From assembly GCA_964016885.1 (NCBI GenBank), contig OZ024743.1, positions 269,452,001-269,516,000 of the forward strand: DNA of 64,000 bases, in the 5' to 3' direction. This stretch comes from Eledone cirrhosa (taxonomy: Eukaryota). The notes below the pieces were generated by a model that saw nothing but the letters and a program-made list of their open reading frames with translations, did no database searches and was not told the origin of the DNA. Numbering within the stretch: position 1 is the stretch's first letter; every line of letters starts with the position of its first letter. The position numbers and the translations under genes were made by a program. Shown here one piece after another: positions 42,039-56,701 of the stretch.

Positions 42039-42047
<9 letters not shown>
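41895..42047. mobile_element. Miniature fold-back derivative of the PLE at 51950-54585 (half HHR)
   Basis: Shares ccgggtt.aatcgg.ggtaaccacagtaagtaaggta and ttctacagga.tagaactgtttc. 33-bp arms 41968-42000 / 42015-42047. (TA)n flanks. Confidence 0.8.
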
Positions 42048-42090
<43 letters not shown>

Positions 42091-42408
42091 CTTTATGGGA
42101 TTCGTTCCGGTTCTCTGCTTTCTGAGTTCAAATTCCGCTTAGATCAACTTTGCCTTCCATCCTTTCCAGTTATATAAAAAAATACCTGTCCAGTACTGGG
42201 GTGGATTCTTCCTCTATATCTCATTCTCACTTCCTCTCTCTGACTTTCTATTTTTCTCTGGAAGAAATCTACTGTACGCAGGTGTGGAGAGGGATGGGCT
42301 CCGCCAGGTTTAAAATGGTTAAAATGGCCAAGTAGCGCAGTTTGTTAATACAGTGCCACTTCAACTTTATCAGGAGTTACGGGACTATGCATATATATAT
42401 ATATATAT

Positions 42409-42597
42409 ATAGGAAAAAGTATGACCCCGACGGCAGAGCTCAAGCCGTTTCGACGGCTATTTCTGGACAATAGCCGTCGAAACGGCTTGAGCTCTGCCGT
42501 CGGGGTCATACTTTTTCCTATTTCCCACTCTACTACTCTAAGTATTGAGTACTCTGGTGTGTTATGGTCCATTTGGTTCCTTACCACAATTCCTTTG

Positions 42598-42600
<3 letters not shown>
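42409..42600. mobile_element. Fold-back mini-element with perfect ~53-bp arms (half hammerhead)
   Basis: Arms 42409-42461 / 42469-42521 contain GAAA-CGGC ttgagctct GCCG-TC. An 80-bp tail follows, then (TA)n. Confidence 0.8.
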
Positions 42601-42667
<67 letters not shown>

Positions 42668-42807
42668 TATATATATATATATTTCATCATCGTCATCATC
42701 ATAATCGTCTAACGTCTATGTTCCACGCTAGCATGGGTTAGACGGGAGTTGTCCCACTTGAGGTAAGATTGGTCGGGTGACCGTGTCTCGCTCGTATATA
42801 TATATAT

Positions 42808-43250
42808 ATAAATTAATAAAAACAATGAATAAAAACAAAGAACAAGTTCCTTATATTAAAAAATTCATCATTTTACGATCGTTTCTAGGATATATATGTG
42901 TGTTGGTATGTATATCATATAGATCTATGTAAAAATATTACAAACTATCAGAGGAAATATACATACCTTCACATATATATGCTGTCTTCAGTAATATTTT
43001 TACATAGATCTATATGATATACATACCAAAACACATATATATCCTAGAAACGATCATAAAATGATGAATTTCTTAATATAAGGAACATGTTCTTTGTTTT
43101 TATTCATTGTTTTTATTAATTTATCTTAACTCTGTAACCTATGATTTTCATCGAAAATTTTTGAATGCATCTTCTCTTTTCATGATATTTGGATTACATT
43201 GAATTCTTCATACGGATTGGACACTACCGTATATTTTGGTAGATTTATCT
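42808..43250. mobile_element. Fold-back PLE-derived element (~133-bp arms) with long-stem-II HHR (42866-42991, -)
   Basis: Arms 42808-42941 / 42991-43124. CTGAAGA..atatatatgtg..ggtatgtatat..atatacatacc..cacatatatat..GAAAC GATC GTA. Confidence 0.75.
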
Positions 43251-43253
43251 ACA

Positions 43254-43349
<96 letters not shown>

Positions 43350-43703
43350 CAATGGAGTCTGAGCAAGCTTTACGGCTTACCTTTCCTTTATTCTTTTCGA
43401 ATTTGTAGAAACATGTGCAAGCAAATTAAAATGACTTAGTTTCTTATCTGTATTATTTTGCTATATTTAAACGGAAAAAATGAAACGAAATTTCATTTCC
43501 CACTCTTAGTACGGCTGTTACTTAAATATAAGTATGTACACGTACATACATATATGTATACAGACGTACAGTAGTATGTATATATATATATACATACATG
43601 TACACACATATATATATGTACGTATGGACTCACCAAACATCCCGTACTAAGCCGTAGTGTCCAGCAACCATCGTTGCTCGTTTGTTCAACACTGACAAAG
43701 GAT

Positions 43704-43744
43704 CGCTGTACTAGTTTCAAGTTTATTAGCTATCGTCAGCAACG
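43704..43744 (-). ncRNA. Minimal hammerhead
   Basis: cgttg-CTGACGA-tag ctaataaa ctt-GAAAC TA GTA-cagcg. Stem II is weak. Confidence 0.7.
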
Positions 43745-44017
43745 TATACCTTCCTGCCAGATTGTTGAACGTATATACTTACCTTATGCATATTAACGGG
43801 TGAGTAGCCCAATTCGAGTGGGTTAATCGGTCGGGTGCACCGGGTGCTATATTTGTTCGTCGGGTTCACAAAACAGGTAGTTTTATTAATATTTAACGGA
43901 TTATAACTGAGATGAAACATTCGTCTTATCTTGCTGATTGTGGAATTACATTGAACTTGAAATGTTATTGGTATAACACAACATTTATTGGAGAATATTT
44001 ACTCTTTTACTCTTTTG

Positions 44018-44085
<68 letters not shown>

Positions 44086-44215
44086 GTGAGGTTTTTTTTA
44101 CAAAATGAAAAATAACCGAGGTGTCCTACACGAGTGGAAGTATAAAGAAAAAGGGATGAAATCGAAAATGCAACTGAAGTCTTATTTTTTTCAAAATATA
44201 TATATTTATTTGGTT

Positions 44216-44253
44216 CCTTTACCGGTTTCGCAGTTCTTCTGCTTTTCAAAAGG
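44216..44253 (-). ncRNA. Minimal hammerhead, U3-A8 core variant
   Basis: cctt-TTGAAAA-gcag aagaa ctgc-GAAAC CG GTA-aagg, with all three stems perfect. Confidence 0.8.
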
Positions 44254-44271
44254 TGAGTTGAGATGGAGGGT

Positions 44272-44322
<51 letters not shown>

Positions 44323-44631
44323 TATAAGGTATGTGTGTATGTGTCAGAGAAAGAAAAAGAGAGAGAGAAGAAGAAGAAGAAGAAGAAGAAGAAGAAGAAG
44401 AAGAAGAAGAAGAAGAAGAAGAAGAAGAAGAAGAAGAAGAAGAAGAAGAAAGAGATAATTTTTCTCTAGCTATATCCTTTTTCTCGAAGGTACCTCCTGA
44501 TTTAAACGTTTCGTATTATGTGTTAATTTTTCCTTCGTTTGCACACACTACTTTATATATACACAAGTTTACATACACACACATATACATACATGCATAC
44601 CTACATACATATATATAATATATATATGAAT

Positions 44632-44667
<36 letters not shown>

Positions 44668-44720
44668 GTGTGTGTGTTTGTGTATATAAATCTCTCTCTC
44701 TCTGTATATATATATATATG

Positions 44721-44773
<53 letters not shown>

Positions 44774-44794
44774 GAGTGTGTTTGTGTATATAAA

Positions 44795-44827
<33 letters not shown>

Positions 44828-44829
44828 GT

Positions 44830-44872
<43 letters not shown>

Positions 44873-45184
44873 CGTTTAAAGTCTACACTATACTCTCTTT
44901 ACTCACCATCAATACTGGAGGCTGCTATCTTACTAACATGTAAGAGGTAAAAGAAGATTTGGTGAAGACTTTTCAGAAAAATAATATTAACCAGCTTGTA
45001 TTTCCTTCCGTTCATCCATTTTACTCCGCCAGCAGTGGTTCTATCCAGACACCAACTATTCTACTATGTTCAAACAACTAACGCACCATTGATCCGCCCT
45101 CGATCCACCTTATATTTTCCCCAACACCATCATTTTATAATAAATGCCTACCTTAAAAGTTTTTACTACACATATGCTCATACA

Positions 45185-45444
45185 CAGATATATAGATATG
45201 TAAGTAAGTATATATATATATATATATAGATGTGTAAGTAAGTACATACATAGATACATACATACATACGTAGACACACACATACATACATACATATATA
45301 CATACATACATATATAGATATGTAAGTATATATATAGATATAGATATGTAAGTAAGTACATACATAGATACATACATACGTACGTAGACACACACATACA
45401 TACATACATACATACATACATACATACATACATACATACATACA

Positions 45445-45478
<34 letters not shown>

Positions 45479-46046
45479 GATATGTAAGTATATATATATA
45501 TATATAGATATGTAAGTAAGTACATACATAGATACATACATACGTAGACACAAACATACATACATACATATATACATACATATATAGATATGTAAGTATA
45601 TATATATAGATATAGATGTGTAAGTAAGTACATACATAGATACATACATACATACATACGTAGACACACACATACATACACATACATACATACATACGTA
45701 TATAGATATGTAAGTAAGTACATACATAGATACATAGATACATACATACGTAGACACACATATACATACATACATACATATACATACATACATATATAGA
45801 TATGTAAGTATATATATATATATAGATGTGTAAGTAAGTACATACATAGATACATACGTACGTAGACACACACATACATACACATACATATATACATACA
45901 TACATATATAGATATGTAAGTATATATATAGATATAGATGTGTAAGTAAGTACATACATAGATACATACATACATACATACATACATACATACATACATA
46001 CATACATACATACATACATACATACATACATACATACATACATACA

Positions 46047-46080
<34 letters not shown>
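45185..46080. repeat. Compound TACA/TA minisatellite with GTAAGTAAGTA units
   Basis: Recurrent ~120-bp higher-order unit. Confidence 0.85.
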
Positions 46081-46081
<1 letters not shown>

Positions 46082-46083
<2 letters not shown>

Positions 46084-47067
46084 ACATATCATTAGAATAG
46101 CCACTGATCTGGAGGAGAGATATGGAATAAAGCCTGATATAAATCTCTCAACCAGAGAAATCGGAAGATCCTATTCAATGTTCAAACAAGATGAAAAAAT
46201 TGACCAATTTACAGAAAAAGTTGTGCATGGATACTTGAGACGTAGAACACAGACCATAGAGGGGATAAACCACTCAAAAAGCCTGGCATGGAGTTCCCAC
46301 ACGTTTATGATATCACACCTTGAGGGATATCTATATGCAATACAGGAACAAGAACTCCCTACCAAATATCTGCTGCACAAAAGGGGAGGGCCAGCAGCTG
46401 ACAATAAATGTAGGCTATGTAAAACAAAGATCGAGGATGTAAGCCACATTGTTGCCAGCTGCGAAAGAATGTCATCTCGCTACTACCTCCCCATGAGACA
46501 CGATGGGATAGCTAGAACCATCTGGAATGCACTTCGGAAAACAAAATTAACAACAAACGAGGAAGAATATATTGAGACAGATGACACTAAGGAATACTGG
46601 TGGAACCTGAAAATAAAAGCTGCCACCAAATTAAAGCACAACCGGCCTGATATTGTTGCTTAGGACCAGACATTGAAAACGTGTTCTGTTGTGGAGATCA
46701 GCTGCCCACTTGATGTAAACGTTGTCAGAAAAATACAGGAGAAGGAGGACATCTACGGACCATTGATGAGGAGTTTACAAATCCAGTATCCAAGATACAC
46801 CTTTAGCTTCATACCCATCATTATTGGAGCTACGGGTTATATACCAACCCGCTTGGACCAAAGTATGACTGAACTTGGATTTGCGGACAAAAAGCGTAGC
46901 TCCCTAATTCATAGTCTACAAATGGCTGCGATAGCTGGCACATTCAAAATTTGCAAAACATTCTTGCAATTCAAGGGATGACAATTTCTTTTCTTTTACA
47001 ACCTTGCCACCAGGAAGGTGGCCGGTCAAAAAAAAAAATATACTCGAAATTAAGAGAAAGCTGATAA
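46082..47067 (+). mobile_element. 5'-truncated R4/Dong-type RLE retrotransposon (copy 1)
   Basis: HGYL..EGYLYAIQEQELPTK..CRLC..EDVSHIVASC..RHD..WWN..HNRPDIVA*D..EISCP..PIIIGATG. Single in-frame stop at 46661. Confidence 0.92.
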
Positions 47068-47460
47068 CACACACATACATACATGCGTAGACACCCACAT
47101 ACATACATATACATACATACACACACATACATACGTAGACATACACATACATACATATAAATACATACACACATACACACATACATACATACGTACACAC
47201 ATATATATACATACGTACATACATACGTATATACATGTATACTTATACATTGCCTCTCAATACAGATGCGCATACATTCTACACAAACTCTTTGTCTCTC
47301 TCTCCCTATTTCTTCTCTCTCTCTCTCTTTCACTCTGTCACACACATTCACACCCCTTAAGGGACCACAGGAATACACACTAACCCCTACACATTGTATC
47401 CGCACTTCACTCTCACACAGTATGTACACCAACACAAATATACCCGCACACTAAGATCTA

Positions 47461-48280
47461 CTACTCCACCACTATCATCATCATTATCACTACTTCAACC
47501 ACCTGCACCACCATCACCACCACAACTGTCACCACTACAATGACCACCACCAACAGCACCACCATCACCACTACAACCACCACCAGAACCACCACCAACA
47601 GCACCACCACCAACACCTGCACCACCACCACCACCACCATCACCACAACCACCACCACCACCACCAGCACCACCTGCACCACCACCACCACCACCACCCA
47701 CCCACCAACAGCACCACCACCACCACCTGCACCACTACCACCACCACCACCCACCAACAGCACCACCACCACTACCTGCACCACCACCACCACCACCACC
47801 ACCACCACCACGACAACCACCAGCACCACCACCAACACCTGCACCACCACCACCCACCAACAGCACCACCACCACCACCACAACCACCATCACCACCACC
47901 ACCACCACCACCACCACCACCACCACCAACACCTGCACCACCACCACAACCACCACAACCACCATCAACAGCCCCACCACCACCACCTGCACCACCACCA
48001 CCACCACCCACCAACAGCACCACCACCACTACTTGCACCACCACCACCACCACCACCACCACCACCACAACCACGACAACCACCAGCACCACCACCAACA
48101 CCTGCACCACCACCCAACCACCACAACCACCATCAACAGCACCACCACCAACACCTGCACCACCACCACCCACCAACAGCACCACCACCACCACAACCAC
48201 CACCACCACCACCACAACCACCACCACCACCCACCAACAGCACCACCACCACCACAACCACCACCACAACCGCGACAACC

Positions 48281-48311
<31 letters not shown>

Positions 48312-48730
48312 CCACCACATCCACCACCACCACAACCACCACCACCACCACCACCACCCACCAACACCACCACCACCACCACCACCACCACCACCACCAC
48401 CACAACCGCGACAACCACCAGCACCACCACCAACACCTGCACCACCACCACCACATCCACCACCACCAACAGCACCACCACCCACCACCACCACCACCAC
48501 CACCACCACCAACAGCACCACCACCACCACCACCACCACCACCACCACCACCACCACCACCACAACCACCACCACCACCACCAACAGCACCACCACCCAC
48601 CACCACCACCACCACCAACAGCACCACCACCACCACCACCACCACCACCACCACCAGCACCACCACCCACCACCACCACCACCACCACCACCAACAGCAC
48701 CACCACCACCACCACCACCACCACCACCAG
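47461..48730. repeat. (CAC)n-rich low-complexity tract
   Basis: Poly-T/H/P in shifting frames, with internal duplicated blocks. Confidence 0.9.
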
Positions 48731-49084
48731 TATGATAAGTATTGTTGGTTACGTGAGCCAAATCACTTGTAGCTTTTTCTTAAAAGTCGACCTTTAAATT
48801 AAGTTATCTGCGCCAAGAAATTGTTAACACGGTGTTTCCAATTACTTCCCTTAGATATCCCCTCCCACAACTAGCAAGTAAAAGCAGGTTTTTGCCAGTT
48901 TTCGTTGAGGGGACTCTGCTGTAGAATGGCAGTAGGGCTCAAAGGTTACTACTGACCGCCAGTGCTTATTTACATAGGTTCTAATACAATATCACTATAC
49001 TATTTGGTTTTATATACTTTTGTCCATTTTGTTACATTTATTTTAATTATTTTATTTACTTATTATCATTATTTATTTATTTAT

Positions 49085-49159
<75 letters not shown>

Positions 49160-50049
49160 GAAAATTCGAAATTAGCGTTGGTGCAGTGCAGTTTTGTATT
49201 GTGTTGTGTTCAGTGGTGTGGTGATGTGTGGTGTGATGTAGTGTAGTATAGTGTGTGGTGTGATGTAGTGTAGTATATGTGTGGTGTGATGTAGTGTAGT
49301 ATATGTGTGGTGTGATGTGGTGTAGCATAAAGAGCTGGGGTGAAAGCTGTGTGTGTGCTGTGGCTATAAGTGGTGTTATTGGCCGGAGGAATTTATGGCT
49401 TTCAGATCCGTTTAGTTTAGTTCCTGGCGTAAAAAGCATTCAGATGTTGTTAGCTAATTATGTGATCTGTAATGTCATGTTCACACACACACACACACAC
49501 ATATATACACGCACGCACACAAACACACACACACGCACAAACACACACACACACACATGCATATGTGTGTGTATATATATATGTGTGTGTGTATATATAT
49601 ATATGTATACATACATACAGACACACACACATACGCACACTCACACACATACACACACATATATATATACATACATGTATTTACACGTAGATTCTTTTAT
49701 TCAACATTGTATAGATTAATACAAAAGCATATGTCCATACACATTGATTAAACAGCATTGGAACTCACTGCACAAAACCACATTAAAACATAACAATTTT
49801 ACTCCAACTAAGCCTCTTCTACCCAACTTTTATCTGACCCACACCCAACTTATATAAAATACAAACAGCGACAAAATAAATGTTTCGGCAAACAACAGCT
49901 CCTTCCTTGAGTGGGCTTAGTTGTCATAACATACATAGGATTTGACAAAGAGCGAGCGCTCAATATCTGTAACAACGGTGCATGGTGATAGAAAGGGTAT
50001 CCAACCATAGAATCCCTGCTAAATAAAGGCTCGGAAGGAATCTTCAGTT

Positions 50050-50760
50050 GTGTCAAAGACATGACAACTTCCCTAGTGCTGGTTCAATGATATAATGCAT
50101 TTGATAAAGCATGAGAACCGCCTTACCCTGGTTGCTCTGGTAACTGCGATATGTTTTCAGGTTAAATACTCGCAATGAAACTAAATTTTCCTCTAATTTG
50201 TGACGAGCACTTAAATCAATAATTGATTTTGTTATTGTCGCTGATCTCTTTGATTCCGTGATGGATGTTTGTATTAAAGGAGGGATTGACCTGTCACCTG
50301 ATCAATATCAAGTTATCTGCAACCTAAGACAACCTAAAATCACGAAACCCCACAAAAATGGCAGGTCCTGAGGGAAGCTCTGGCGGATAAGAAGATCAGG
50401 ACCGGATATGCTGATACTATTGAATCCAAATTCAAAGAACTGTCCGAGCAAATTGAAGATATTGGAACGGAGTGGAGAATGAACACTTCGGCAGTTTCTG
50501 CTCCACCTGTTAAATGCTACAGGCGAAAGTGGTTTAATGTGGCGTCAGGCGGCAGGAGGGCCCCTTCGTTCAATGAAGAGATCAAAGATGCCATCCAAGC
50601 AGAGAAGGAGGATCACATAGTTTGGCTAGTAAATAAGTTATCCTACTTACAGATGTGGTGCAATCACGCGCGAAAAGACGCAATAGAGAGAGAAAGGCCA
50701 TCCAAAGCTAATCCAAAGATATGGGAATACGTTAGGGTTACGCTGGAATTCGCTCACCCC
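50050..50760 (+). pseudogene. Degenerate RTE LINE APE endonuclease C-terminus and linker
   Basis: SIIDFVIVADLFDSVMDVCIKGGIDLSPDQYQVICNL near 50215-50330, followed by FNEEIKDAIQAEK. Confidence 0.6.
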
Positions 50761-50863
50761 TTCCATACCACTCTGCTCAAAAATAAGGGTACACGTGTCA
50801 GTGGAAATCTTAACTACAGACTATTCCATTGATAAAAAACTGGAACACTCAGCACCGAAAGCG

Positions 50864-50997
<134 letters not shown>

Positions 50998-51007
50998 TAT
51001 ATACATA

Positions 51008-51113
<106 letters not shown>

Positions 51114-51425
51114 TGTATATGTATATATACACGAGAGATAGCATTCCTTTCAAACATACTATTTTCATATAAAAATATTATTTGGAACACAAGCTTCCTA
51201 AAGTCAATTGAAAACCAAGAAGATTAACAACGAAGGTCTTTATTAACTGAAAGATACAAACCAAAAATCCACACATAGATACGGCACATGTGGAATAAAC
51301 TTTGAATTAAACAACTTGAAATACGGTGGTGATAATATCAGTATGGCATCCATACCCATGGTACTCTGCAATCTGCTACTAAAGGCAGCAACGACAGACC
51401 AGCATACGTATATCTTTATATAAAT

Positions 51426-51459
<34 letters not shown>

Positions 51460-51466
51460 GTGTGTA

Positions 51467-51508
<42 letters not shown>

Positions 51509-51532
51509 TATGTGTGTATGTATCTCTCTCTT

Positions 51533-51583
<51 letters not shown>

Positions 51584-51717
51584 GTGGTAGAACACTGGAA
51601 GGTAATATCCGAAGTGGTAGAGCACTCAGTCCATGGGACGAGTTAGGTAGAAGTGGTTACACAACACTTAGTTCACCATGCCGAGAACAATTGTTTGACC
51701 TTAGCGGATCCTCAGCT

Positions 51718-51758
<41 letters not shown>

Positions 51759-51856
51759 CAAGAAAGAAGAGTGACACGGTTTGCTATACAATAAGGGCTT
51801 ACCTATAACAATAATTTGTTATCCCGTATATATATATATATATATATAAATGTATA

Positions 51857-51949
<93 letters not shown>

Positions 51950-52042
51950 GTTATTCCGGGTTGAATCGGAGGTAACCACAGTAAGTAAGGTACTCAATAC
52001 ATATATAAAAGAGTATATATATATATAGTTTTAATATAGATG

Positions 52043-52093
52043 AGATTCTACAGGACTAGAACTGTTTCATTCTTTAGAAATCATCAGGAATCT
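52043..52093 (-). ncRNA. Type I hammerhead in PLE pLTR
   Basis: agattc-CTGATGA-tttc taaa gaat-GAAA-CAG ttctagtc CTG-TA-gaatct. Confidence 0.88.
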
Positions 52094-52728
52094 GGGTATC
52101 AAAAAATAAGTATAGTATTTATACAAGTGGTAGGAGAGGGTGGGGAGTGGGATGGGTGTAGGTCATTGGTTGATAGAAAAGGGAATTCATTAAAAGCTAA
52201 TTCTACAAAGCTATAGTTTATTTTTATTTTTATTTTTATTTTATTTTTGTTTTTAGAGTAACAAAGGCAGACGGAATTCTATAAACAGGTTCAGGATGGC
52301 ATGCCATTCCTTATTATTAAGTTTCTCTTAAGCTAACAGGTGTCTATAAGATCAGTGGGGGGTCAGTCATGGTAGATAGATTTAAAGGAAAGGGAGATTC
52401 TTTAAAAGCTAAAATCATTAAGGTTCTACTAAGTGACAAAGGTTTAGAGAATTCTGTAGACAAATTCAGAATATTAATTGCATATCTTACAATTATCCTC
52501 AAATTACTCTTAAACTATTCAACTATATGCCAAAAAACAACAGACACATTCACAAGACACACTCACTCACACACTCGCGCGCACCCATAAACACAGATAC
52601 ACAGACACACATATACACAGACACATATATAAATATATTTATATATAAATATACACATACATACATACACATACATACACACACATACATACACACATAT
52701 GTACACATACATATATATATATACACAT

Positions 52729-52759
<31 letters not shown>

Positions 52760-52776
52760 CATATATATACACATGC

Positions 52777-52863
<87 letters not shown>

Positions 52864-52946
52864 TACACACATACATATATAAAAAAAAATACACATATAA
52901 AAATATATATACACATACACAGACACACACATACACATACATATAT

Positions 52947-53041
<95 letters not shown>

Positions 53042-53140
53042 TATACACATATATAAGGAAAAATTGAACGGGAACAAAACAGAGGGGCAGAACAAACAAA
53101 TGTTTATTGATTTCACGCTCTTGAGAGTGGGGTCATACAT

Positions 53141-53196
<56 letters not shown>

Positions 53197-53207
53197 TATA
53201 TATATAT

Positions 53208-53294
<87 letters not shown>

Positions 53295-53371
53295 TATACA
53301 TACACATACACACGCACATATATATACATATATATACACATATATATATATATACATATATATATACATAC

Positions 53372-53433
<62 letters not shown>

Positions 53434-53570
53434 ACATACACACCCATATATACATACATATACATATACACACACAAGAATACATACATATATACATATA
53501 TATACACACATATACACATACATACACATACACAAACATACACATATCATACATACACCTATATACATAT

Positions 53571-53619
<49 letters not shown>

Positions 53620-54009
53620 TACATATATATATATATATATATACATACATATATATAGACACACACACACACACGAAACACACATACACACACATACATT
53701 TACATATATATACACACATACACACACATACCCATATACACATGTGCACACCCACACATACATACACATATATATACATACATACACATACATATACACA
53801 CATACACACACACACAAATATATACACATCCAAATAAATAAGTACTCAATAAATATACGCATATACGCAGGCACATAAAAACACCTCTACAGGCAGAAAA
53901 TGGAGATAGGTAAGAGGTACTCACATAACCATAGTGGCCGTATTTCAGGTTGAGGATGGTGGGGGTAGGGTGGGAAGGAGGTATAGGGGCCAATAGGAGG
54001 AGGTCGTTT

Positions 54010-54393
54010 TTAGCCATCGGGCTTTAACACTGGCTTAAAGTGTTTGAAAGTTGCAAAGTTCTTGTGCATGCAGTTCGGGCAGTGTTCAGAGAGTTTGTTC
54101 AGTAGCGGGCCCTTGGCGAATAAAATTTCGTAGCTCTCTGAAATACAAAGGTCGCAGCCCTTGTGTCCTCCGTTGTAAGAGCGCGCTTCTGGAGTATTTT
54201 CCATTTAAGCGTGAAGGGGTGGAATTCCTTTTGAGGTCCCAAACATAGGAGGCGAGTGTTGTCTGGTTTGATTTGTCCGGTCTTCTGAAGGAGTGGGTAT
54301 GGGCATACCAACGGGTCTTAAAGTTGTTGGAGGTCATGCTGATGTAAGTTTTTTTGCAATCATCGGTGCCTGAGATGACATCGCATTTGTATA
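54010..54393 (-). pseudogene. GIY-YIG endonuclease of a PLE (frameshifted)
   Basis: YKCDV..KTYISMTSNNFKTRWYAHTHSF..TTLASYVWDLK / FTLKWKIL / YNGGHKGCDLCISESYEIL..LLNKLSE..CMHK. Confidence 0.85.
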
Positions 54394-54518
54394 AACTATA
54401 GCTTTGTAGAATTAGCTTTTAATGAATTCCCTTTTCTATCAACCAATGACCTACATCCATCCCACTCCCCACCCTCTCCTACCACTTGTATAAATACCAT
54501 ACTTATTTTTTGATACCC

Positions 54519-54569
54519 AGATTCCTGATGATTTCTAAAGAATGAAACAGTTCTAGTCCTGTAGAATCT
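54519..54569 (+). ncRNA. Type I hammerhead in inverted pLTR
   Basis: Identical to 52043-52093 in the opposite orientation. Confidence 0.88.
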
Positions 54570-54581
54570 CATCTATATTAA

Positions 54582-54645
<64 letters not shown>

Positions 54646-54684
54646 GTATATATATGTATATATATATATATATATAAATGTATA

Positions 54685-54852
<168 letters not shown>

Positions 54853-54876
54853 TTAATCTGTTATTTTAATAAATAA

Positions 54877-55000
<124 letters not shown>

Positions 55001-56198
55001 GGGACATTTTAAGCCTGGCGGAGCACAACACACTCTAAGCCAGAGTACAGCAGATTTCTTCCAGGCAAGGTGAGTGACTGGAAGTGAGAGAGAGGAAGAG
55101 AGAAAGAGATATAGAAGATGAATCGACTTCAGTACTAGACAGGTACATCTTTAAGGACCCCGAATGGATGAAAGTTGACCTCGGTGGGATTTGAACTCAG
55201 ACAGCAAAGAGCCAAACTGAATACCACAAATCACTCTATCCGACATATATACATACAAACAAAAAGATTTCTTTGAAGTGTGAGCCCCCATGTGTTGCTT
55301 TAGCTCAAAGGCAGCGCAGCACCTAGTCATAGATACACATTTGTTATAAATAAGTAAAAGAAGATGGTCATGGCTGGGATACCTTTAATTATAAATCTGT
55401 TTAAGTAGTCTTAAAGTGGGGGCCAAGCAATAAAGCATTACAGGTTGCTGAATATAAACCAACAAACATTTTTTACCCACTCCCTATTTCATGGGAAATT
55501 TGACAGTTAATTAGGGAAAGTATTAATTGTTGTTGCTGTTCTTGACATTATGCTATTGTTGATGTTGCTATTGTCGTTGTTGTCATTGTTGTGTTGTTGG
55601 TATTGTTATTTCTATATATACACATTTTTGCTACTGTTGTGTTACGACATACGACAAGTTTCCGAGCAGTTTCTGCCTACCAATTTACACTCAAAAGTTA
55701 TTGGTCAATGTGAAACTATAGTCGATATTTTCCCAAGGTGTGAAGCAGGGGGACTGAATCCAAAACCACGTGATTGCGAAGCGAAATGCTTAAACACAGT
55801 CACGCCTAAAATCAGTCGTTGCTGCAGTTGTGGAACATCCCACGTTTCATAAACACATGTCGTTTTCATTCGTTTTTAAAAGTGCATGTATGTGATTTGA
55901 TGAAAATTTGGCTGTTATTTCTCGAAAATGGAGTGAATAATTAGAAATGTTTAATGTTGGTTCATTTCCGTTAAATGTTTCTTTCAGGCGATTAAATTCC
56001 GTCTCAGGAAAAGATTTTATAACTATAATAGTTGTGACCGACAGATAATATCAGGAATGGAAAGACCAATGGAAGCAGTGTGTCTTGGGTTCGATCTGAC
56101 GATCGCTTTCTTTTTTCCTATATACACACATACACACACACACACACTCACACATACACACACACACACAAATATATATATATATATATATATTATAT

Positions 56199-56381
56199 AC
56201 GTAAGCAAGAGAAGAAAAGTAGCCCTCCATCGGCTGTTTATTGCGGGTCATAGATATTTCTGCGCTTAAAAACAGGATATCGATCGGAGTTGCCAATCGA
56301 TGTCCTGTTTTTAAACGCCGAAACATCTATGATCCGCAGTAAACAGCTGACGAAGGGCTACCTTTCTTCTCTTGTTTACGT
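56199..56381. repeat. Imperfect palindrome (~85-bp arms), probable older fold-back element
   Basis: Arms 56199-56284 / 56296-56381 differ mostly by transitions. Confidence 0.8.
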
Positions 56382-56458
56382 CTCTATTACCATCTTACAT
56401 TTTGTTTACAGTAACCACACAGCCTGCCTCTTTACTTGTATGTTTGTATATATATATA

Positions 56459-56541
<83 letters not shown>

Positions 56542-56664
56542 ATCTGTTAAACACATAGGTGTCTTCCTCGTGTCTAAACATTTTCTCTGATTTCTTTTCT
56601 TACTCTCATCTATCTGCCTGTTACTTCTCTTTCCCAGACATCCTTTCCTATGTATATCATCCTG

Positions 56665-56701
56665 TCTTTTGATGAAGGACATAAGGTCCGAAACGTTAAG
56701 T
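56665..56701 (+). ncRNA. Minimal hammerhead with uncompensated C3U
   Basis: ctt-TTGATGA-a ggac ataag gtcc-GAAAC GT-T-aag. Same family as 11145-11180. Confidence 0.65.

Larger units (their letters stand above)
51950..54585 (-). mobile_element. 5'-truncated Penelope-like element with inverted pseudo-LTR and two hammerheads
   Basis: ~195-bp inverted repeats 52026-52221 / 54391-54585, GIY-YIG remnant inside, tail 51950-52015, (TA)n flanks. Confidence 0.88.

Noticed and set aside
47461-48797. Pro/Thr/His-rich mucin- or extensin-like protein
   Set aside because: (CAC)n low complexity with arbitrary frame switching and no non-repetitive domain.
52527-53874. Long YI/HT/CV-repeat ORFs here and throughout the window
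   Set aside because: Translations of TA, CA and TACA microsatellites.
56055-56365. Type II hammerheads around CTGACGA at about 56096 and 56347
   Set aside because: The required stems or the UH site cannot be formed convincingly.
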